Positions 12,188 to 25,350 of a stretch of DNA of 64,000 nt are shown here, one piece after another; within the stretch, counting starts at the first letter, position 1; every line of letters starts with the position of its first letter. Below the pieces are notes generated by a model. The model was not told where the DNA came from and did no database searches. It saw nothing but the letters and a program-made list of their open reading frames with translations. The position numbers were made by a program, and so were the translations under genes. The stretch comes from Magallana gigas. Taxonomy: Eukaryota. The stretch covers positions 29,698,001 to 29,762,000 of the forward strand of contig NC_088855.1 of assembly GCF_963853765.1 (NCBI RefSeq), read 5' to 3'.

Positions 12188-12500
12188 CCTCCACATAAAA
12201 AAGCATCATCACATAAAAAAGCACCATCTTCATATAATAAAGCACCATCTTCATATAATAAAGCTCCACCTTCATATAATAAAGCACCATCTTCATATAA
12301 AAAAGCACCATCTTCACATAAAAAAGCACCATCTTCATATAATAAAGCACCATCTTCATATAATAGAGCACCATCTTCATATAATAAAGCACCACCTTCA
12401 TATAATAAAGCACCATCTTCACATGAAATAACCACAGCATAATATAATAAAGCACCATCTTCACATGAAATAGACACATAAGGCAGCTATGGCGTTCCAT
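12188..12500 (-). repeat. 21-bp minisatellite, copy 2 (inverted relative to 8914-9120); the rest of the array is at about 10480-10520
   Basis: (aaagcaccatcttcatataat)n ending in ggcagctatggcgttccat. Confidence 0.85.
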
Positions 12501-12815
12501 ACTCGTTTGTTCCTCATCATCTGGTTATGCAGGTCAATGTCGGTTAGAAAAAAAGACAATCAAGGATGCCTCAACTAGTTTTATGGCTTTTGGAGGTGTA
12601 TGTACAACTAGTAAATGTGTTTGCAGTCTCAACCGTTTTCATGATATCTTATCCTGGGACTTGGACTGATCCTCAGAGGTTGGACCTATTTTTAAGATTG
12701 AAATCGACAAAAACGCTGTGCCGGATAATTATGCCAGTGCCAAGGTGACGTCTAAGCTGCATATATCGAAAAATTCATATATGCCACACGATAGATCATT
12801 GCTAAAAGAGTTTAC

Positions 12816-13231
12816 AACCACCTTTGTTATCACCTGTCGGGTGATATATTTATCTTTCAAAAATAATTTCCTAAAGGAAAATAATTTGTTTTTGCATAGG
12901 AAAAACAATATTCCTACAGGAAATTTGAAATTTTCTATCGGAATACAAGAACTTCCTACAGGGATTTCAATTCCGACAGGATTTGATCAAATCTGATAGG
13001 AGATATTAATTTCCTAAAGGAAAACCGACTGTCTGAATCAAATTCCCACAGGAAATACCATTCTCCTATAGGAAATATAATTCCTGTAGGATTTTTGGAA
13101 AAAATAGGATTGTCAATATTTCCTGTAGGAAAATAATTCTCCTATGGGAATTATAATTTTCCTATGGGATATTAATTTTTAAGATAAATATCTCACCTGT
13201 CAGGTGAAACATACTAAAAACAAAAGTGGTT
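12816..13231. mobile_element. MITE-like element with imperfect TIRs of about 60 bp and internal TTCCTAYAGGAA-type sub-repeats
   Basis: aaccacctttgttatcacctgtcgggtgatatatttatctt versus aagataaatatctcacctgtcaggtgaaac...aaaagtggtt; many ttcctataggaa-like palindromes inside. Confidence 0.65.
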
Positions 13232-14294
13232 ACATACTTTCTAGACAATTGTCTATCATATTGTATGTATGAATTTTTCCGAAACTTCCTCTTAAGCGGG
13301 TGCAAAAATGCCACTGGCATAATTATCCGTCACAGTGTTCAAAGAATCGTGTTTTAAAAAAAAAATACATTAATAAATGTACTCTTCATGCAAATCATCT
13401 TTTAAAAAGTTTTGTTTTGTTTTTAAATGTTGGTCCTTGGAATACCATAGCCAATGTCCGTGGTGGGAACCCTACTAAGGAGCCAATTATCTCGAGGGAT
13501 ATTAGCATTAATTAATCAGGCTATACTTTTTTATAAGTGGGAGAGGATATACATGGGGAGATCCTTCTTGACAAGATAGGTATACATAGTTTAAAGTAGT
13601 ATTTTTCTCCATTATAGTATTCAAAAATGTTTGCATTAATAAACAAAGTTAATTCTTAGATTTTTTGAAAATCATGAGATTAATTGTCAGTTTACACTAA
13701 ATTCGAAAAGCTCCGCATATTTTCGGCATTTCGAAAGCACTTTCCTGAAAGGTCTTTGGACAATGCACCGATGAAGAGGGGCTTTCTTGGTACATGCATG
13801 AACATAATGTAACTAAAGAAACGCATTTTTACATAATAAAATTATTAAGGGATGATATGAGATACATCTATTTTGGGATGTAAATGTACTTTTAGAAATA
13901 ATTTATAAAAGTTTTAACATTTTCTTCTTCCACTCCTTGACTTCTCATTGCACATCACAATAAGATAGCGATAGTGTGTCACTCAGTTACCAAATAAATA
14001 TTGATCTGCAAGTCACAACAGTTCGAAGCCCAATGAGGCTTTTACGTTGTTTTGTTTTTTTACCTATAAGTGTAAATATCTTTAACCCATTTTTATGGTC
14101 AAATAAACTTACAATGAGAATTGTCGGCAATATGAGCGTTAATTAATGGATTTACACAGAATCATTTTATATAATGCAGTATCATGGCAGTATGGAAAGG
14201 AATTCAAGCAATGAATAAAAGAACACAAAATGAACAATTCAAAGACTTTTAGAAGTTTCTGTTTTTACATGTAATTTCAAGCACGTTATTGTCT

Positions 14295-14869
14295 TAGCTG
14301 CAGATCTGTATCTTCCGGTCTGAAAAAAAATCGGATGGACGACCTGGGAGCTACAGTGCCTCCCATAGTAAAATTCTGCAATTTACGGCGCACAAAAAAA
14401 ATGCGCTAGTTTTGGACTGATTAACCTTATTTCCAAACACATTCTGTACAAATATTTGATTCCAAAAAATTCCTCAGACATTTTACTACAGATATCGTCG
14501 CTTCACTTGCCTCTGATATTCTTTTAAACACCATCACCAGTCCCGTAAAGTGAAGTGGAGCAGTTTACACGTGAAAATGGCGACTCTCGATCTCGACGTA
14601 AATTAACATACTTCGTTTTCCGAGGTCGGTTAGCACGTTTAAGAGAAAGTCTGAGGCAAGTAAAGTGATGATATCAGTAGTAAATTTCCTGAAAAAATTA
14701 ATGGTACCAACTGTTTTCACAGAATTTGTGTGCAAATATGGTTAATCAGTCCAAATCTAGCGCAATTTTTTGTGCGCCGTAAATTGCAGATTTTTCCTAT
14801 GGGAGGCACTGTAGCTCCCTAGTCGTCCATCCGAATTTTTTCAGACCGGGAGCTACATACCTGCAGCTA
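14295..14869. mobile_element. Mutator-like (MULE) MITE with long imperfect TIRs (about 220 bp) and 10-bp TSD GTTATTGTCT
   Basis: tagctgcag...ctgcagcta ends; gttattgtct at 14285-14294 and 14870-14879. Long TIRs plus a 9-11 bp TSD is the established MULE signature. Confidence 0.85.
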
Positions 14870-15206
14870 GTTATTGTCTGAGCGATGTTGACTCTGCAGT
14901 ATACAGCTGGTGGAAAATAGTATTTGACTCATTCTTAGATTCAGGCTTACATATACATACAAACTTTGCCAATTAATTTGATATATGTCGCCAGTCATTT
15001 TTATTCTAGTAAGTATATATGATATTTAACCTATGATGTAAACTCACTTGTAATTGAGAACATTAATCAACATTGATCGATATTCAAGAAACATCGATTA
15101 TAGCTAACAAATAAATTCATTATAACTAACAACTAATACATTTTCGACTAATTATTTTGTGAATTGAATTCAGACAAGGGCAATGTTCCATACATAGGTA
15201 AATCCA

Positions 15207-15262
15207 ATGACGCATATATCCCGTCAACTTCACGTGCTTATGTCTCTATTATTCACGTGCGA
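15207..15262 (+). promoter_or_regulatory. Candidate proximal promoter motifs (TGACGCA and two CACGTG E-boxes) upstream of the plus-strand CUB-LDLa gene
   Basis: caatgacgca, ttcacgtgct and ttcacgtgcg lie within about 100 bp of ATG 15309. Motif match only. Confidence 0.3.
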
Positions 15263-15308
15263 TAAGCTTACATTATACTGAAAGTAGTTCATTCATGATC
15301 GGACAGCT

Positions 15309-16240
15309 ATGGAACCTAACGCTTTCCTGGTCTGTTTCTTGACGGTGTGTCTTTTTGGGGGCATTTTTGGAGAATCGCCTACAGGTGAGATCTCAATTGT
15401 TTACCTCGCCAATGCGCAATTAATAAGATACGGTAGCTCAGGAGGGAAAAGTAGTCGGTTAGTCAGTTCTCATTGTTTAATAAATATTATACTACAAGGT
15501 TAATGTCGCGTGCTTTTAGTTTATCCTACATTGTCTAATACACATCTTGGTTGGTGTATTTGACCGTGGCAACATCAGTTTAAAATTAAATAAAAAGTAT
15601 AAAACTTCGTGTTGCAAGGAAGTTAATTGTATAGCTGGGTTTCGTATTTTTCTTTTTCTTTACTGCATAATGAGAATTTGTGATTACATGGTAATTAAAA
15701 TTCTCAGCCTTGGAGTTGTCTCCAACCCCCCACAAACCCTTACAATGTAATATATTTAACATGTCCCCCTCCCTTTATCAACAATGCGTTTTGATATTGA
15801 GCCAACTGCATAGGATGAAATTTGATGAATTGATTAATTTTTTACTTAAATTTGTGCCGAAGTTTCCTCCCAGCAGTTGGCTCAACATCGAGAAACGCAT
15901 TGTGATTATGAATGTTATCTTCCTTGATTAAATTGATTAAAGCAATAAGAACCACTCGATCTCTTACAATGTTTGCCATGTACGTGTTTGAACAGGAAGT
16001 AACTTTTCCTTTCTTCTAAAAATAGATATACCTGGGTTATTAGAGTAATCAAAACTTATTAGGCAACTGATTTTAGAACGATATTTGTAATTACTTATTT
16101 GTCATATATTTAGGAAGCCGACCTCGAGAAATAAATATGTAGAATTCTGTGCACATAGTCAATTCAATGCAGATTCCGACTTGTGAATTCTATAATAAAG
16201 AAAAATTATGAAAATTCATATATTTTTGTGTAATATGTGT

Positions 16241-16299
<59 letters not shown>

Positions 16300-18929
16300 A
16301 AATACTTGAAATGCTTGGTATGATGGTATATCAGATGTGATCATACTCGGAAATGATGCACGAGGAATTCTTATATGTTCATGACTAAACTGGGAAAATG
16401 TCACTAACTAAACGATTTTAACCATTTGTTCAATATGTAAGAGTGTTGACAGTTTTAACAAAAAAGTTTGATATGAAAACCATTAAACATGTTAAAACCA
16501 ATTGCATTAAATGTATAATTGTATTGCTACATGTACAATGTCTGTGAATCATCCCCATGGTATATTTCAGATTTCTTTGGTTTTTAATTGTGAAAATGCT
16601 TACAACTGTATTTTTCAATATTAATACACACCGGTTTTCCATAATGCTACTGACAAACTCCACAGACTCCATCGATGTCCTTTAAGGTTGACGGTCCATG
16701 CATGGTCCGTAATCAAAACAGCTAGAAAATACATCTTAAAAACTTGATTGCAAAATTCTCGTGATTTCCTAGACATTTTGATACTCTTATAACCACGGAG
16801 GGGTCTTCAATCTGTTTTTTGCAATAGGCATTTTTAAAAAGATATCTATGTATAGAAAATATTTAAGCTACATGTAGCAAAGATACACACCTACATAGAC
16901 ATGATTTTAAAAGTGTTGGTATGAAAAACAAATCATATGAAAATGACCCCCCCCCCCTCCCCTTCCCCTCGTTCAACCTTTACCATGGATCCATGAGTAT
17001 TTTGAGGAAATTAAAGCTTTTAATTCTATGTTACACGCATTTGGCATTTCCAACTTAAAAAAAACGATGCTACATGCCTTTCCTGTGACCATGATATCCT
17101 CAGCAGGGTTCACTGGTGTATATATCAAACAAAATATTTCATTCAGTTGTATTCTTTAACAATTTTGTATACGAATTCTCTTTTTTATTTTTTGCAGTTT
17201 ATATCACGAAACAGTGTGGGAAGTCGGTAAACATTAGTGAACAAAACTTCGTCGAACTCTCGCCCGCTACGAGACCTAGGATTACCAATACAACTTGTAG
17301 GTTGAATCTCGCTCCATTCACCCCAAACAGCAATGACTCGGGTCTGGTCCTGACCATTGAGCACATAGGACTGTCAAGTAAAACATCAGGCGCCTGCCTT
17401 AATAACAGAATCAACATCTATGATGGCACAGAAAAACTGAGTAAGTTTATTAATTACTTTTCTATCACCCCCCCCCCCCCCCCCCGATAATCAACGTTTC
17501 AACACTCCTGCGTAATTGGTTTTTTTTTTTGGTGTGTGTGTTCCGAATATATTAAGATGATAATCCCACGGTTACTCTGAACTTTTGCTTTTTCAGATAT
17601 TTTCTTTTTCATTACTAATTGTATCATGCATCCATAATCTTAGATAATAGATTTACATGTAGAATATTCTCTTGAATTCCATCATTTTATTGCAATTTTC
17701 AATAAAATGTAAATGGCAATTTATAGATCGTGATTGTTAAATCAATTGATAAATGAAGGGCAATCTTATGTACATATTGATTGTTTTTACTAAATATCTG
17801 TGATGATTTATATTTCTGTCAATTTGTAAGCAGACTTGAAACAAAATTACATGTTTTGTATATTCTTGATTTGAAATAAGACTATGTCGTGTTTAGCAGT
17901 CTGATTCTTTATCGTGTTAAGTTCGATTTGGCGATACATGTAAGTGGAAATTCCGCAAACCAACTGCTATTGATTACTTGAATATAATCAATTAAATTTA
18001 TAAGAATTAAGATTCATGTAGTAAAAATCCTGAAATTCTATCATCGTATGTACATGTATACTATCATCAATCGAATTAAAATTAGATCTTTGATCCGCTC
18101 CTAATAGATCGCTACACAAATGGGAGCGGATCAAAGATCTAATTTTAATTAGGTTGTACTAACATATGATTACAATTTATGAAACTTTTTTTTCCAGACA
18201 AACAGGATATATGTGGAAGGTACTTATATCAACAAACTTTTGTAACCAATAGTACAGCTCACCATATGATGGGAATAGAACTGATATCACGTGACTATCA
18301 GCAAAGAGACATCAGTTTAAAGGCAGTTGTCACTCCTTATCACAATGGTATAGTACTTATATAAAATGTCAGTGTTATATATGATATCATAGGCATTGTT
18401 GAACGTTTTAAAAGTTTAGATAGCAATGCTGTATTCAATGATTTTAAAATATTCATATATAGGATCATACTCATGTACATTTATTATGATACAAAATATT
18501 AAAATATGCTTTATAAAAGTGTTCATTGAAATAAATTTCCATCGTAATGAATTGGAAAGAAAAAAAATATGTAAATATAGTCATTCATGGATTAATTCTC
18601 CTTATCCCATGCACTTAAAATAAGTGGGATTGCAGTATAAAACATGACCCCTCTATCCTATTTATCCTTAAGGTCCTTGCTACTCGGACGAGTTCCAATG
18701 CGCTAACGGTCGCTGTATCTCCGTGAATCTCATATGTAACAAGCACGATAATTGTGGAGACAACAGCGACGAACTGAACAAACTGTGTGGGTTGCTATAC
18801 CTGAGCGTCGCCGCCATTGTGGGGATCATTCTGGGTGTACTGGCGGCCATTATTTGTATCCCCTGTCTGTTCATCGTGTTCTGTTGTAAGGGGAACAGAA
18901 GAAGGCGGGTCGTGTATCAGAGGATCTAA
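15309..18929 (+). CDS. Signal peptide/CUB-like/LDLa/TM single-pass protein (241 aa)
   Basis: Exons 15309-15384, 17198-17440, 18198-18347, 18673-18929; all GT-AG, phase 1; total 726 nt. Signal peptide [21 protein letters not shown]. LDLa [34 protein letters not shown] segment, then tail [13 protein letters not shown]. Confidence 0.9.
16245..16298. repeat. (AG)n microsatellite
   Basis: Pure dinucleotide run. Confidence 0.95.
18074..18150. mobile_element. 77-bp hairpin mini-MITE (28-bp arms) in an intron; one arm recurs near 10119-10148
   Basis: aattaaaattagatctttgatccgctcc versus ggagcggatcaaagatctaattttaatt. Confidence 0.7.
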
Positions 18930-18944
18930 TATATTGGATTTATA

Positions 18945-19270
18945 GTGTGATTATGTTTTCTATGATTATATCCAGCAAACAAAGTGTGGTTCTGTTTTTC
19001 TATGATTATATCCAACAAACAATTGTGATTATGTTTTTTTATGATTATATCCAACAAACAGACTATTATTATGTAATCTATGATTATATCCCGCAAACAT
19101 ATTGTGATTATGTTATCCATGACTAGAATATTGGATTTACACTGTACATCCAACAGTGTGATTATGTTATCTTTTATTGCAATACTGGATTTATGTCCAA
19201 TAGATATGGACATACGTCATCCATTATTAGAAAAAAACCGGATTAAAATACATCAGAGTGTGATTTATTT
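18945..19270 (+). repeat. Degenerate minisatellite of about 38 bp just after the stop codon (3' UTR)
   Basis: Repeated tgtgattatgtt..ctatgattatatccaacaaac units. Confidence 0.8.
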
Positions 19271-20855
19271 AGCAAATAAGATTTATATTATATCTATCTA
19301 AAGCATCGCAAGAGTTGCTTTTCTACTAATTAGTTTGTGTTTTTTTATTGTTATCATTTAATGTGTACATACATGTACATGAATTACGCTTAACTGTTTG
19401 TCCGATCAAATCTTCTTTGATTTATGAACAAATTGAAATGCCCTATTCAACGTGAATATACAGTAAAATTTTGAATGTAAATGTGTGACTCTTTGTTTTT
19501 GTTCTGTTATATATGTGCCTAAAATATCATTTTTGCATAATTTTGTATATGTATTTCGATGTCGTTTTAAGACAAAATTTCTAGTTTCTCTGATGTTTTC
19601 TGCATTTTGCTTACAAATATTATACATTTTACACATTTGATAAATATACTTTTTTAATGACGTCATTATAGTCTGTTTTATTTACATTTCTCCATTGCAA
19701 GTACGTGTTATAGGCAAACGAAAATAAAGCAGTTATTTTCAAACTTTCAAATACTGTTTAATTTTCTTGCTGATTAAATTTCCTTTTGCCTGCTACATGT
19801 ATATGCAGTACATCGCCAACATAGTTTTTGGAATATTGGCCGATTATAGTTACATGAAAAACATTATCAATATTCATTTGTTGGTCTCCTTCTCACTAAT
19901 TCTTTTTGTATACAACTGATATATGTATATTCAATTTTTATAAGTTTTGCAGAATTTATACGGATATGGAAGTTTTAATTTAAGTGAGCTTTTCCTGTTA
20001 AAATTTGTTATCTTTAAAAAATTCCGGCAAGTCATTGTAATGATAATTAATATACTTGTGAGTTCTTGATTGTTGTGCTAAGCATTGAATTGTTAATTTT
20101 GATTCAGAATTTCCTTGACATTTTCCCGAAATGATTTTCACTCTCCTTCAAACAAACAATAACACTTTTGTCTTCTTGAATCCGGAAACATGAATGTAAA
20201 ACAAAGATAAAATAATAATCAAAAAAAAAATTAATTACTTGGTATTCCCTGCGGTATTGTTCTTCCGTTGATGTCCTTCTAATAAAAAAAATCAGACAGT
20301 CTTCTGTAGACCATAAGCCTACAGAAAGTATCTTTCTCGTGAATGGGTTATCGTTGTGAAAATGCGAAAGAAATTATGGAACTCCGAATGCGTAATTGTC
20401 CAGTGTTAGCTTTGTGGATTGCCATTCCAGTATGATTTCTCTGTGTATTTGCTTAATATGTGATGTGCCTTATCCACGTGTTCATCCCCACCTACTAGTT
20501 CATACCTCGGCAACAAGACTTTGATATATACACGATTTACTATTTTTTTTTTCTTTTTTTGGAGGGGATAATCTATACGTGCTAAAGTTTCCTTTAACAC
20601 CAAACTCTATTTTTTATTATGCATAATTATAGATTTGGATTCCCGGAACATATCCCGATACCTAATATAATATTTCCTTTGATTTATTTTATAACCTTGT
20701 TTTCTGTATGAAATAAGAAAAAAATAACCATGATAAACGTTTCATATTTTTGTTAAAAAAAAAACAACGTTTCAATTCCTGCAAAAGCTTAAGAAAAAAA
20801 ATTATGTCATCAAATCCATCACAAAATGCCTGCACCATTTTGTTTTCATACGTTT

Positions 20856-22006
20856 TCACACAGCGGGTATATCTGGTCGAACCTCTTCAACGGGAACCTG
20901 CTGTTGAGTATGGAGAACGTTGTTGAGGTAGGAGTTGAGCTGTTGATTGAGCTCCTCGTAACGCTTGATTACCTCCCTATTCTGTAGCCTGCGGTTGTCC
21001 AGTAGGTGTCGCTTTTCCCGAATACGGTGACTGAGGTGATCGATTTCGACTCCGGTATTTACAAGACGGTGGCATACGCCGGACAGAAGTTTCTTTTTCC
21101 CGGCATACTCTTTTGTCAAATGGTTGACTGTAAAATAGAAAGGTATTATATAATACTAGTACGTTGTACAAATCTGCAGACATAATATATGTTTCCCTAA
21201 ATGTGACCACGTTGTGAACATACTGTCCTTTCCGATATATTTTATTTTTAACAAAGAAAATATGCAACATAACTACTTGTAGTCATGTTGTATATTACAC
21301 TTGTTAAAAATAAAATATATCGGAAAGGACAATACTGTTTAATTTGTTTATACATGTAAAAAGAAATTGTACTGATTGAAAATAAATGCAGATACATGTA
21401 TATGCACATGTAACCTTATTTTTAAAAAAGGATGAAATGTGACCAAAAATTTTATCATTTAAATTCTCTTTAAACCACAAAAACCAATTTTACTATATTT
21501 GAATCGAATTAATGAAAGAAAAGAAAGACAATAACAAACAAACAAAAATTTCAAACAATCACGACGTTACTGCTATCGACAAATTATTAGAAAATTAGAA
21601 ATCGACGTATTTTGTACAATCATAATTATGTTGTTCGGTACAATAAAAAATTTATTGCATGAATAATCGAGAAATATGAAGATTTATGCCCTAAGAAAAC
21701 TCTTGGAAAAAGCCCTCGGAAAAAACGATCTTTTTTTTGGGGGGGGGGGGGGGGGTAAACCTTCATATTTCCCTCACCTTCATAATGCAATAAAAGTATT
21801 ACATGTATATCCAATTATACAAGTCACGTGTTGATTTACTAGTCACATGAACAAGGTTTTAATCTTTCAGCAAAAAATTGAATTGCACATAAAACTCTGT
21901 TTTATATGATACGATACAAAACGCAAAATATGTGACTTTAATGAGACAAGAAAAACATAAGCAGTTACACTGAAATGAAGACAGAACAAAGGAATCATAG
22001 CCAAGG

Positions 22007-22073
<67 letters not shown>

Positions 22074-24640
22074 CTTTGAGTTTTCCTTTTCTAAGCAATA
22101 TCTGACGCCTTCTCTTTAATATTGAAGTCTTGTTGGCAAAGAAGCCCAGGAGTTCAGAATAAACGCGCTCCTTACTCCGAATTTTCTTCTGCCACGGGCC
22201 ACAAGTTTGGCTTGCTACACTTTTAGAAACATCCTCCTTTTCAATTGGAAGATCGTCAGTTGGGTGTTTATCTTCCCATGTGTTGACATCTGTTAAACGC
22301 CATTTAAAAAAAAGAGAGATAACTGCGTATTCATGTAAATCTTACGATGCCTTATTTTTATCAATCAAATCGATAAATGTTAAATATGCTTTCTTTTGAT
22401 TCATTCATGCATTTTTAGGTGCAATGTCAATGAACACAGTTTGTCAGTAAAAAAAATGCATCAAAAGCGCCGTGCAGCAGTCCTTTTTACATCACGTATT
22501 TTTTTTTCATTTCACGATTTTTAACATGTATAATATCCTTTTTATGATAACGATAAATCACAAATTCACAGAATACGCCTCTCGTTTCTTAATAACATGT
22601 GTGCAGGCATTTAGAATTCAGATCACAAGATGGCCAAAAATTGCTATCATTTGTTATTGAAGATATATAAAGACTACATCCGTTCTTTGTGTTTATGGAT
22701 TCTTTTAACGCTTTACTTGTTATATAATTTAGTCAGCTGAAGACAAAATGGCTTTATTGCAGATTAATTTGCAAGTTAAATACGTTATTTACTACTTTTT
22801 TTGCGTCGAGGTCAAACTAATTAAATCACGGATTTTACAAAGGGACAATCGATAGAAGGAAATTAAACGATTGTTCTTATATAATCATGTAATTAAGTCG
22901 AAGACAAAGGTAAAAATACTTACACGTTATGATTAGCTGAAAAGACACTTCTAATAACGCAACACCTGTAAGTTTCAGAGAAATCTGCATCTGGAATAGA
23001 ATAAATTGGAATATTTAAAATGCATTTTTATTAATGCGTAATTTGATTATGATCAACATAAAGATTCTACAAAAAAACTTAAAATGGGCGAGCGACGATC
23101 TCTTGATTTACTACCAATAGAGCATATCATTATTGAACTATAGGGATAAATAATTTATATCATTGAATGCAAACTACATTTTATCAAATCTCGATCGTGC
23201 ATCAGCGTCCATGCCTGAGATACTTTGCTTGAGACCAAGGTATACATAGTCTCTTTCGGGGTTTTTTCAATGGCGTACTTTACAATTAATGATGAGTCTA
23301 AGGAGACTGAGTGATCAACATATTAACCCACAGATCTACCTTAACTTTTAGGGATGTTTTTTTTTTAGCTTTAACTTTGGTAATTTCAAATTCAGCATTA
23401 TAATATAACCGTTATTCTTGCATTAAAAATGATCGCAGTAACCAGTTTAAAAAACTTTTAAGTTGCATAATTACATGAAATATAATTTTTTTTTTTTAAA
23501 TATAGCAAGGGTTTGGTTCTTTATATCCTGTAGATTATTTTATCCCCCCCCCCCCCCCACACACACAAACACACACGACAGTACCACTTCTTATGATTAT
23601 AGGTTTCTTAATTCTTTAAATGAGAGGTTTAATAAAACCAAGTAATGACAATGAATTCTTACATGTTCATGTGAAGGAACACTTATTCAAAATGTCATTA
23701 TATCAATTTGTTACACTGAACGAAATGCTTAAAGTGAAACATGCATTTAAATGTATGGTACTTAAAAATCTTGATCTGCAAGAAGTAAAAATATAGAAGT
23801 TATCCATTAACAAAGCACTAAAAGTAACATAAGTTCATGGTCCGTTCTTAGAATCAGAGCGAGCTCGATGAATAATGCATTACCGTGTTTCAAAACGATT
23901 AACATTCATTACTCAAATTTGATTCTCAAGGTTGATATTACAATAATAATTTTGTCGAAAGCTGAATTTTAGTATACAATATTTAAAATATACTTTTTAC
24001 ACATCACTCTATACTTAACGACATTTAAAAGCTCTCGGGTGTTAAAGAGTGGTCATTCAAAGTTCACGCACTCCATGCGCGGATCTAGGGCGGGGGTGGA
24101 CCCCCTGGAAAAATTCAATGTGTCCGTAAATTTATCGTTATTTTTGTGGATCCGCAACGCATGTAGTTTAATGTACAAAAATAAGATTAACATTGAAATG
24201 TTCAAATAATACTGCCAAAGTATCGGGCATGTTTGGAAATGCGGTCAAAGGGTTCCGATAATCACAAGCATGAATTCGCGAAGTTGATGCTATATAATAT
24301 TTTTTAATGATTGACATTAAATTTCTTGCTTTCAAGTTAACGCATAAACGTTTTATTTTATTATCTTCATTGAATACTGTATTTGTAAATGAAAATTTGT
24401 AAATGAGTTTTAGAAACATTTACAAAGAGAGGATTATCGGCATCATTTTGTCGATATATACACGTACCTATAGCTAGCATTAATTTCACTTACTGAACCT
24501 GTTAAAACAGTTAAGGAAAAGTCCTGTAGAATATCCAGAACGAAGAAAAATGCACGCAAAAGTATTTGCAAAAACGTCTCGGTCCACGAGGAAAGAATAA
24601 TATCTTCAACATATCCCGGAATTTTCAAAATGAAATCCAT
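20856..24640 (-). CDS. Uncharacterised protein of about 209 aa with a hydrophobic N-terminal segment and a basic coiled-coil-like C-terminus
   Basis: Exons 24640-24499 (donor choice uncertain), 22289-22074 and 21127-20856, phase 1/1, total 630 nt. Exons 2 and 3 have clean splice sites and open frames (...KRRRQILLRKGKLKVNHLTKEYAGKKKLL...EVIKRYEELNQQLNSYLNN...). Candidate 5' UTR exon ends near 24807. Confidence 0.65.
22013..22070. repeat. (CT)n microsatellite directly abutting a splice donor
   Basis: The minus strand reads AAAG|gta(aga)gagaga... at 22074. Confidence 0.95.
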
Positions 24641-25347
24641 CTTTGAAATCTAGAAAAATAAAATATTTTCCATATTCGCTGAGATTACCATTCAGTGAAC
24701 TGAATATTACATGTTCTATGATAAATACCGGTCGGTGGAAATGCGACCATTTTAAAAAAAAACTTTAATACAATTTACATGTATATGATAAGGCTGAATA
24801 CTTACAGCAATAACCGTTGTGAATCACATACTTTCATATTTCTTTTCATGTATAAACGTCACAATAGGTGAAATGACGTCATAAGATAAAGAGGATGAAC
24901 AATTTAGACCTGTAAAAAGTTCCATGATAAAAACCTGCTTTTATGATAATTCTGCATGTAACTTAGACCTTTATGATAAATAAAATTAAAATAATTCGTA
25001 AAATGTTATCAGAAGAAAGATTTATCTGCATTTTAGCAAATATAGTATATTTTACCGGTTTTTTTTGTGTACAGGACAACAATAACGTTTAGGTTTGCTA
25101 CTTCGGACAATTAACTAGCTTTTTACACATAAATATGACCAACAGAAATTTATAAACCATAATCTTTTTCTCATTTTGTTAATAAAGTACACTCTATCAA
25201 TAAAAACAAAAATGAACTCAATGGGGTTTTGTGATATTGCTATAAAATAAAATGAAAATGGAAACATGCACTCTTCATTGTCCAAATGGTCGTTACCAAG
25301 AAAGAATTTGAGAGTCAGAAATTTGATTGGTCTGAAATGGTAAATAA

Positions 25348-25350
<3 letters not shown>

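Noticed and set aside
12166-12500. Two overlapping ORFs, (LYEDGAL)n and (MKMVLYY)n
   Set aside because: Same minisatellite read in two frames. It resembles a CRISPR array superficially but has no unique spacers and the DNA is eukaryotic.
21859-22098. ORF with (RE)n, and similar (LS)n and (YLSI)n ORFs elsewhere
   Set aside because: Microsatellite translations extending into introns.
24074-24163. catgcgcggatc...ggatccgcaacgcatg inverted ends
   Set aside because: Probably a decayed MITE, but the TIR is imperfect and there is no TSD.
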